Shown one piece after another: positions 53,935 to 61,125 of a DNA stretch of 61,125 nt. The notes beneath the pieces were generated by a model. That model did no database searches, was not told the origin of the DNA, and saw only the letters and a list, made by a program, of their open reading frames with translations. The DNA comes from a virus (lineage: Duplodnaviria; Caudoviricetes). Every line of letters begins with the position of its first letter. Within the stretch, counting starts at the first letter, position 1. The stretch spans positions 1 to 61,125 of the IMG/VR virus record IMGVR_UViG_3300032315_001187; one strand, written 5' to 3'. The translations under genes and the position numbers were made by a program.

Positions 53935-55680
53935 ATGGCTGACCTTCAAGAAGGCGTAAGCGTTGTTACTATTGGGCGCACTGCGCCAATTCCGCCTGGT
54001 CAGCAGACGATGGCGGCCAGCCTTCCTGTTGTAATTGCTAGCGATCAAACTGCGGTGCCCGTAACAGTTGCAAACCAACAAATTAGTGAAGTTAGCCTTA
54101 GCCTTCTTGGCATTCCTCGTGCTGAAGTTGCACTTGGTATTTTTGCTGATGTTACAACGTATGATATCAACCCCAACGAATGGCAAAGTGAAGGCGGAGG
54201 TTCCACCACTCACATTCCCACTGAAAGCGCAGCAAAAGTTGCATTGGGTGCGGCAACAACTAATAACTATCAAATTCTGAGCAGCAGGCGTTTCTTCCGC
54301 TACCAGCCTGGTCGTGTTAGTGCAGCCACTTTTGGCGTTAGAACGACAACGACTAATGACCTCACCGATATTAAGAAGTTTGGCGCCTTTGACAAGCGCG
54401 ATGGCTATTACGTGGAAATTCAAGGTGGAAGTCAAACAAGTCCTGCTGAAAAGGAATTCAATTTCTATTGCGTAAGGCGCACCAGTGCTCTTGAAAGCAA
54501 TGAAAGTGGCATTCGCACGCCCAACGCTCTAGACGGCGACATCGGGACTGCTGGCACGGATCTAGTGATTGTAAGGGCTGGACTTACCTACATCCATGCT
54601 GGCTTGTACGACCGTAGCGTGCGGGGCGCTGGTGGCGTCAATATTGGAGGCATTGCATCGTCTGATGGTACTACGAGTGTATCGTCTTCATTCATCTCGG
54701 TGGAGGCTTCCTATCGCTACACCTATGAGTATCGCGTGCCTCGTAAATATTTCAGCCATGATCGCCTTGATGGGGAAACTAAGGCTCAATACTATGCAGA
54801 TAAAACTCCTGGCCGCAGTTCCTTCACTCTTTCCATTGGTGGCACCGCTTCGGCCCCAGCAGTCACCTATACCAATGGCAGTACAGTCATTGACGCCAAT
54901 GGTGACGTGGTTAGTGATACAAGCGTTTGGGACATTGACTTTTCAAAAGTCACCATGTTCAAGACTGAATACAGTTGGTATGGTGCAGTTGGCGGCCACT
55001 TCTTGGCTTATGTGCCAGATGCTACTAGCACAGGAGATGCACGATGGGTGAGGATTCATCATCTTCGCGCTTCAAACCAGCTAACAAGTCCTAGTCTGGC
55101 CAACCCAACGCTGCCCATTTCGTACTTGGCGCAAAAGGCTACCAGCGCTAATGAATGTGCCGTTTATAAATATGGCGCATCGTATTACATTGATGGAGGG
55201 GACAAGGGCACGGTTGTAGCACGCTCCCAAAGCAATCCTATTGATCGTACCGTTACAACTAGTGGCACCATGCTTATTGGCTTGCAAGTGAAGGAAAATA
55301 TCAACTCCATTCGCAATCGCATGCAGGTGTACCCCACTCGGCTTGGTGTGGGTAGCAGTGGTCGCGCAGTGGTGAAACTAGTGAAGAATCCCACAACGGT
55401 ATCTACCACTCCAACGTTTGCTAGCGCTGCTGATTTGAGCCCATTGAATGTTACCACTACTAGTGGCGTGACAACTGTCAGCGGAGGTACTACAGTTGCA
55501 ACATTTTATGTTGGAGAGGGCGGCGTAGATCTTGACTTGGCTCCATACTTTGGTTATAACAAAGACTATCTTTCCTACCCATTGACAGCCAATGCTGGTG
55601 ACAGTCTGTATGTATTCGCTCAAGGCATTGGAGCAAGTACAAGCGTAAGCGCTGCGTTAACCTGGGAAGAGCAGGTGTGA
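53935..55680 (+). CDS. Large virion structural protein (FRYQPGR family)
   Basis: Paralog of the next gene. Confidence 0.7.
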   Translation: MADLQEGVSVVTIGRTAPIPPGQQTMAASLPVVIASDQTAVPVTVANQQISEVSLSLLGIPRAEVALGIFADVTTYDINPNEWQSEGGGSTTHIPTESAAKVALGAATTNNYQILSSRRFFRYQPGRVSAATFGVRTTTTNDLTDIKKFGAFDKRDGYYVEIQGGSQTSPAEKEFNFYCVRRTSALESNESGIRTPNALDGDIGTAGTDLVIVRAGLTYIHAGLYDRSVRGAGGVNIGGIASSDGTTSVSSSFISVEASYRYTYEYRVPRKYFSHDRLDGETKAQYYADKTPGRSSFTLSIGGTASAPAVTYTNGSTVIDANGDVVSDTSVWDIDFSKVTMFKTEYSWYGAVGGHFLAYVPDATSTGDARWVRIHHLRASNQLTSPSLANPTLPISYLAQKATSANECAVYKYGASYYIDGGDKGTVVARSQSNPIDRTVTTSGTMLIGLQVKENINSIRNRMQVYPTRLGVGSSGRAVVKLVKNPTTVSTTPTFASAADLSPLNVTTTSGVTTVSGGTTVATFYVGEGGVDLDLAPYFGYNKDYLSYPLTANAGDSLYVFAQGIGASTSVSAALTWEEQV

Positions 55681-55691
55681 GGAAAAAATAA

Positions 55692-58064
55692 ATGACAACA
55701 ATATCGGGGTATTATCAACTGCCTGATGATGCCCAGAATGCTGGTAGTGAATTAATCAACGCAGAATTGATTGATTTTCTCACTGGAGATTCTTTGATTG
55801 ATGCGCAAGATCAAGAAATTCTCACTGGAGATGCACGGGGCACTTTAGTGCTGAGTAATGAAGAAGGTATTACTTCCGTCACTCCATGCAATACTGCTGA
55901 CAGTGACATTCCAGTGGATGTTACCAACACTTCTCAAAGCGAAGTGGAAGTTAGCCTGCTTGGTATTCCACGAAGTGAAACAGCGCTGGGACTGTTTGAT
56001 GCAGTAAATATCTATGGCGTCAACAGTAAAGAATTTTACTCTGGTCCCATTGCTGCTGGCTATGTCTATGCTGAAGATCCCTCGGATTGGACTTTTGCTG
56101 ATGAATATGGTTATTTTTGGAGACATATTCCCGCTGAAAGCGCCTTGCAAGCCTATGCATTTCCACCACCAGTAAGCTTTACTTATTTGGTCGATGACAA
56201 TACTGGACGGTTTCCTGGCGGCCAAACCAATGGCACAATGACTGCCTTCTGGGAGAGCAAGCGTTCTTTCCGCTACCAGCCAGGCAGGGTGAACGGCTTT
56301 ACCTTCGGCGTGAGAATGTCAACTGGTAGTGATTACAATGGGGAGGTAGTGCGATGGGGATGCAGGAATAGCGTTGGAGATGGTTATTATTTCCAGCTTG
56401 AAGGTGGTAGTGATTTGTATATTGTCCGCACCTCTCCTGATCTTGGCACTGTAAAAATTCACAGGGACGATTGGAGTGGTGATCCCATTCAACCAAACAA
56501 GGGAAGCACTGGATGGAACCTTGACTTGTCCCGCGTGACAATGTTCAAGATTGAATTTAGCTGGTATGGTGCTGTTGGTGCAAGATTCCTGGCTTATGTG
56601 CCAATTGATCACGATGAAGCTCGATGGGTGGCATTGCATTATGTACTGGCAGAAAATCAATTTGTCTATCCCAGTCTGCGCAGTCCATTCCTAAAGCTTT
56701 TTGTCGAGGCCCAAACAACTGCTGGCGCCACGTCTCCTGCCTTTATCAATCTTTACGGCAGCAGTGTTTACATTGATGGCGGCGACAAGGGCACTGTTAC
56801 CACGGGTTCCGCTGGTTTGGACGTGCCAAAGCAAATTGACTCTACGCCTAGATCTATTCTTGGGCTGCAAGTGAAGAGTGCAATCAATAATATTGCCAAC
56901 AAAAAATCAGTTTTTCCAACCAATCTTTCAGTGTACGCCGATACAAACGCACGTTTTGATTTAGTCTTTCAGGAAAATAGCATTTGCGGCCAGGAAAGTT
57001 ATTTCTATGGCAATGGAACAAGTTTGACCAGCGCCGCTGCTTCTGGCATCACTGTTGTTCAGCTTGGTGGTAGTACATTGGCCACTCCATCGGGACAATT
57101 CTTTCCAGACATTAGAAATGAAATTAATGGCAGCTATGACTATTTAACTGGACGTAAGGTTAAAGTTGTTGGTGCTGGAATTCTGTCCACGCATGTTGTT
57201 TCAATTTCTGACGATCTCACTCGTATTACGACAGATCGTGGACTTCCAGGCGTAAGCACTATCACTTTTGGCCGCATGAATTCATATGCCGTTAGCAGCG
57301 GAGTGATTGCCAGCGGCATTACGCAGGGAACAATTTTTAGGCAATTTAGTAGCGGCTATGCTCGCATTGGCTTATTGCCAAATGCTTCGGGCTTATCTTA
57401 TAACCCAGCGAGTGACAATGTTTTGTGGTTTGCCTCCACTTATCCCGGCTTGAATTTTAATCGCGTTGGTCAAGTGATAGGAGAAAGACAATTTCCTCTT
57501 TATTGCAATCAAGCCACTGATTTTTCCATTGCGTTTCCCTCCATCAGTTCAACTGTTATCAGCGCTGGTGGACGTTCCATCACTGTTTCAGGCAACAATC
57601 CATGGCCAATGAGGGTGGTGGTTGAAGCCCATCCTGGCAGCGTGGTGTCTGATGTGGTGATTGCCCAGCAGCCTTTGTCTGTTCGATTGGTGCCCAACAA
57701 TGGATCGACGCAGGCCCAAACATCATGGCCCCTCGTGAGCGGCATGACGCAAGATGCCACTGCGGCTGGTGGTACCAGCTACATTGCCAACAAATTTGAG
57801 AACAGCTTGGCGGATCCTCTCAGTGCAGCATTGGCGGATAGACAAGGTTATCGCACTTTATTTGGTGGTCAACGAGTGGCATCATATTTTATTGGCAGTG
57901 GTGAAAGTAAATCATTTGACCTCAGTCCATTGTTTGGACCAGATAAAATGTTTATAACAGGCCAGCCTGGAAGCATTGAAAGCACTGGAGGGCTATTCGT
58001 AGTTGCCACTGCTCGCACTGCATCCGGCGAAGCAAGCGCCAGTATCACCTGGGAGGAACAATAA
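55692..58064 (+). CDS. Large virion structural protein (FRYQPGR family)
   Basis: Shares SLLGIPR.E, FRYQPGRV, VTMFK.E.SWYGAVG, YIDGGDKGT, TWEEQ with the previous gene. Confidence 0.7.
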   Translation: MTTISGYYQLPDDAQNAGSELINAELIDFLTGDSLIDAQDQEILTGDARGTLVLSNEEGITSVTPCNTADSDIPVDVTNTSQSEVEVSLLGIPRSETALGLFDAVNIYGVNSKEFYSGPIAAGYVYAEDPSDWTFADEYGYFWRHIPAESALQAYAFPPPVSFTYLVDDNTGRFPGGQTNGTMTAFWESKRSFRYQPGRVNGFTFGVRMSTGSDYNGEVVRWGCRNSVGDGYYFQLEGGSDLYIVRTSPDLGTVKIHRDDWSGDPIQPNKGSTGWNLDLSRVTMFKIEFSWYGAVGARFLAYVPIDHDEARWVALHYVLAENQFVYPSLRSPFLKLFVEAQTTAGATSPAFINLYGSSVYIDGGDKGTVTTGSAGLDVPKQIDSTPRSILGLQVKSAINNIANKKSVFPTNLSVYADTNARFDLVFQENSICGQESYFYGNGTSLTSAAASGITVVQLGGSTLATPSGQFFPDIRNEINGSYDYLTGRKVKVVGAGILSTHVVSISDDLTRITTDRGLPGVSTITFGRMNSYAVSSGVIASGITQGTIFRQFSSGYARIGLLPNASGLSYNPASDNVLWFASTYPGLNFNRVGQVIGERQFPLYCNQATDFSIAFPSISSTVISAGGRSITVSGNNPWPMRVVVEAHPGSVVSDVVIAQQPLSVRLVPNNGSTQAQTSWPLVSGMTQDATAAGGTSYIANKFENSLADPLSAALADRQGYRTLFGGQRVASYFIGSGESKSFDLSPLFGPDKMFITGQPGSIESTGGLFVVATARTASGEASASITWEEQ

Positions 58065-58621
58065 TGGCATTTGTTGGACTAGCTTCCGCCAATAACTTGT
58101 CTGACGTGGCAAGCGCAGAACTTGCCTGGGATAATCTTGGGGAAAGCATTAGCTATACAATCAACAACGTTACCACTAGTGGAGTGGTGATCAAGGGTGC
58201 TGATATTCTTGCCCTCAATGGAGTAAGCAGAATTAGTGCTAGGGACTTGCTTCTATTACGCGGCTTGACAAGCAATGCGCAGGTTCGTTTAAATACCATT
58301 TCACAACAAATTGCTAGTGGCATTGTCTTGCAAGATAATGCACTGCTGAAAGCTTCTCCAACATCTGCTGGTAATTATTCGCTTTCGGGGAACTTGGTTT
58401 TCTCTTCGGTGCGCATCAATGGTATTGTGGCACGATCACTATCAACCACGCCATTTGCAAGCGGAGTGGCCACAACGTCCATTTATCTCGATAAAGTTAT
58501 TATTGCCAGCGGCTTCACGGTACGCAATACTACTGCTTCCGGCAGTGTAGCTTCTCCCGAACTTGCCATTCCCATTGAAGACAATGGCTATATTTACTAT
58601 ATAAAGGCAGGGCAGTCATGA
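58064..58621 (+). CDS. Putative tail fibre-associated protein
   Basis: GL..ANNLSDV...NLG N-terminus. Confidence 0.65.
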   Translation: MAFVGLASANNLSDVASAELAWDNLGESISYTINNVTTSGVVIKGADILALNGVSRISARDLLLLRGLTSNAQVRLNTISQQIASGIVLQDNALLKASPTSAGNYSLSGNLVFSSVRINGIVARSLSTTPFASGVATTSIYLDKVIIASGFTVRNTTASGSVASPELAIPIEDNGYIYYIKAGQS

Positions 58622-59958
58622 CGCAACAGTTTGGTTTCCGTGCCTCTCGGAGTCTGGCAGAAGTTGAAAATAGAAATGAATGCTGGGACAATTTAGGCAT
58701 TGACAGGAGAGATTTAGCACTTCTGGTGGGGACAAGCGCTGCTGGCGTGACAGAAGGCGACTATTTTAATTGCAGGAATTTAACAACTTTTCTTGAGCCG
58801 CAAATTAGTGGACTGACCATCGGAGCTGGTTCTGGCCTCACTGCAATGCTTGGTAAAATTAGCAAGAATGGTGATTCTGCAGTTGGCACACTTTCTGGCG
58901 TAACGATTAATAACGATAGGGCTTATTACAACGCCAACCTTGATATTATCTCCGCGTCTAGCAATAGTTATTTCTCTCCCACTACTGCCAGTGGCTATGT
59001 GGGCGGTGCTCAGTATTTAATCGGACCAGCTTACATTCCATCGTTAACAATTAGCGGGTTTAACTTTCGCGGACAAACACAACCCTGGTCCAATTATTTT
59101 ATAAAATACAAAACCGCTTTACGGCTGACGGACAGTGGTAGCACTGTACGCTATTCCCCCCTTTACCTAGCACCTCCCACAGCCCTTGAGTCAAACGTTT
59201 TATGGCTTGATGCCGAGTACAGTGCCATCACGCTTGATGGGGCAGGAGTGAGACGATGGGATGACGTGCTGTTGCGGGCCAATGCCTCTCAATCAGAAGC
59301 AGCTTACAGGCCAACTGTTATCGCTGATGATATTGCGGGCAAACCTGGCATTGCATTTGATGGCAGCAATGATTTTTTGAATCTTGGCGCAATCGGAGGA
59401 ATTCTCCCCACTGGAGCCACAGTAATTATTGCTTTTAGCCTGAGCAATGCACTAACTTCTGGAGACGATGTTTACTCTCTCATTAGTTCGCTTGCAAACA
59501 TTTCTAGTTCCTGGCGAAATGGCACTGAAAATGGCTACTGGGGGCTATTCACTTCTTCTATCATCTTTAACTTTCCCGTGTCAATGCCAGTAAACGGCAC
59601 ACTTATTGCCAGCGTCAGGGCAAGTACTGCTTACGGTTTAGAGGTGAGGCTCAATAGTATTGTCCAGTCTGCAATTGCTCCCGGAAGTTACACTTATAGC
59701 AACGCTGGTAATTTTGTCATTGGTGTGAGCGATTCAGTGAGTCTTTCCAATGCCTTCAGGGGAAGCATTCATTCTATTGCTTTCTATGACAAAGTTTTAG
59801 ACACCACAGAGCTCAATTCTCAAGAAGAATACATGCGATGGAGGTATGGATTTGTATTTAATCCTGATGACGCTCCCTTCTCCTTCTCAAACACTCTTCA
59901 TGATGAAAGAGCCACTGCTTTTAGACTTGAAGACGATTCAATTCTGGAGGCAGCATAA
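58618..59958 (+). CDS. Tail protein with LamG/concanavalin-like domain
   Basis: LWLDA, FDGSNDFL, F.G.I..I..Y...L. Confidence 0.7.
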   Translation: MTQQFGFRASRSLAEVENRNECWDNLGIDRRDLALLVGTSAAGVTEGDYFNCRNLTTFLEPQISGLTIGAGSGLTAMLGKISKNGDSAVGTLSGVTINNDRAYYNANLDIISASSNSYFSPTTASGYVGGAQYLIGPAYIPSLTISGFNFRGQTQPWSNYFIKYKTALRLTDSGSTVRYSPLYLAPPTALESNVLWLDAEYSAITLDGAGVRRWDDVLLRANASQSEAAYRPTVIADDIAGKPGIAFDGSNDFLNLGAIGGILPTGATVIIAFSLSNALTSGDDVYSLISSLANISSSWRNGTENGYWGLFTSSIIFNFPVSMPVNGTLIASVRASTAYGLEVRLNSIVQSAIAPGSYTYSNAGNFVIGVSDSVSLSNAFRGSIHSIAFYDKVLDTTELNSQEEYMRWRYGFVFNPDDAPFSFSNTLHDERATAFRLEDDSILEAA

Positions 59959-60485
59959 TGGCAAGAGGACTGGTCAGGAAAAACAATTTAAGCGATCTGA
60001 CGGATCCCGTACAGGCTCGCATTAATCTTGGCCTACAAGTGCCAGATTATAAGCGCATCAGGGGACTGGTTTTGTCTTCTGGCGTGAATAATTTAGACGT
60101 GCAGAAGATTGCCAATTCTTCTACTAATTTTCAAAATCAAATTGGTAGCTCAACAGCGTTACTGGCAACAATTACTTCCAATCTCTATGCCAACAAAGCT
60201 GGGGACACGCTTACTGGCACATGGACAAACACGGGAAAGATTTCAGCCAATACCATTGTTAGCGCTTCCGTTGTCCTTTCTGGCAGTACGGACGCCTTAT
60301 TTTCTCGCTCTTCCCCATTGTCATCCCTTCAAATTGAAACGGCTTCTGGTGTGACCATGCCAAGTGGCTTAAGCGTCAATAATCTGGTAAGCAGTGGTAA
60401 TGTTTTGTTGGTATCAGGGCAAACCGTCACTCGTACAATGGCAATTGCAATCAATGGCATTCCCTATCGGATTGATTTGGTTTGA
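59958..60485 (+). CDS. Putative tail fibre-associated protein
   Basis: GLVRKNNLSDL...ARINLGL. Confidence 0.65.
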   Translation: MARGLVRKNNLSDLTDPVQARINLGLQVPDYKRIRGLVLSSGVNNLDVQKIANSSTNFQNQIGSSTALLATITSNLYANKAGDTLTGTWTNTGKISANTIVSASVVLSGSTDALFSRSSPLSSLQIETASGVTMPSGLSVNNLVSSGNVLLVSGQTVTRTMAIAINGIPYRIDLV

Positions 60486-60525
60486 TTGGTTGTAGAATAT
60501 TTGATATTGTGAGCATGCTGCCGTC

Positions 60526-61125
60526 GTGACTAAAATTTCTCAGCTTTCATCCATCGGAGACTCTCTGGCCGTTGATGACCAGTTTCTCATTCGTGATGTT
60601 AGTGATATTAGCACTCCCAATAAAAGCGTTACGGTAAGTGGCATCACGAGGGCATTGCCTTTGGGCACTGCTGCTGCGCCTGCCATTGCTTTTGCAAGTG
60701 ATAAAAATACCGGCATCTATTCCCCTGGCGCAGACCAAATAGCCATCAGCACGGGTGGCACGGGCAAGCTCTATATCAATAGCAATGGTGATATAAACAT
60801 TGGACATAATTCAAGCGCATACGCTACAGCAGGGCGTGGTTTGATTTCTGTCAATGGAACATCAAGTTCAATTCTTGATTTGCAGACCAGCGCAACAAGC
60901 AGATTCAGAATTTTCTGTAACGGTACTGACACTGAATTTTACAATACGGAAGCTACTGGAGCAATTAAGTTTGGCACGAATAGCAGTGAGGCTTTACGTA
61001 TAACCTCCGCTGGCAACGTAGGGATTGGCACTACTAGCCCTGCTGCAACTTTAGATGTTGTTGGAACAACCAATATCACGTCTACAGGAGCAACTTTAAC
61101 TCTTGATAGGACAGGCGGTGGAGAA
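60526..61125 (+). CDS. Tail fibre protein, partial (runs off the window)
   Basis: GTG 60526: TKISQL..., GTAAAPAIAFASDKNTGIYSPGADQ, ITSAGNVGIGTTSP; no stop before the window end. Confidence 0.8.
   Translation, partial: MTKISQLSSIGDSLAVDDQFLIRDVSDISTPNKSVTVSGITRALPLGTAAAPAIAFASDKNTGIYSPGADQIAISTGGTGKLYINSNGDINIGHNSSAYATAGRGLISVNGTSSSILDLQTSATSRFRIFCNGTDTEFYNTEATGAIKFGTNSSEALRITSAGNVGIGTTSPAATLDVVGTTNITSTGATLTLDRTGGGE

Overview
A 61 kb piece of a tailed dsDNA phage genome, siphovirus-like with a lambda-type M/L/K/I/J tail tip. The host is very probably a picocyanobacterium, judging by the Cyano SP-type ribonucleotide reductase, cyanobacterial LexA and RpaB/HLR1 motifs, and promoters with only a -10 element. 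Layout: (1) recombination/replication genes at 1-7.7 kb (exonuclease, Sak3-type annealase, primase-helicase); (2) small accessory genes, HNH endonucleases, RlpA and candidate ncRNAs at 7.7-15.5 kb; (3) a ~4 kb segment of distinct composition at 15.5-19.6 kb; (4) nuclease genes, RNR and a tRNA at 19.7-25.7 kb; (5) terminase, portal, a sugar-modification/glycosyltransferase cluster, head, tail and tail fibres at 25.7-61.1 kb. The most striking items are: the 15.5-19.6 kb segment, which carries 10 co-oriented GCTGGTGG (Chi) octamers and is bounded by ordered arrays of host transcription-factor-like sites (3 abutting LexA boxes, 8 LysR-type palindromes on a 49-bp period, HLR1), suggesting a protected genome end or first-injected cassette; two apparent -1 programmed frameshifts at GGGAAAG outside the usual tail-chaperone gene; helically phased RpaB-type promoters; and several structured non-coding RNAs. 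All calls and counts were made by eye with no database search.
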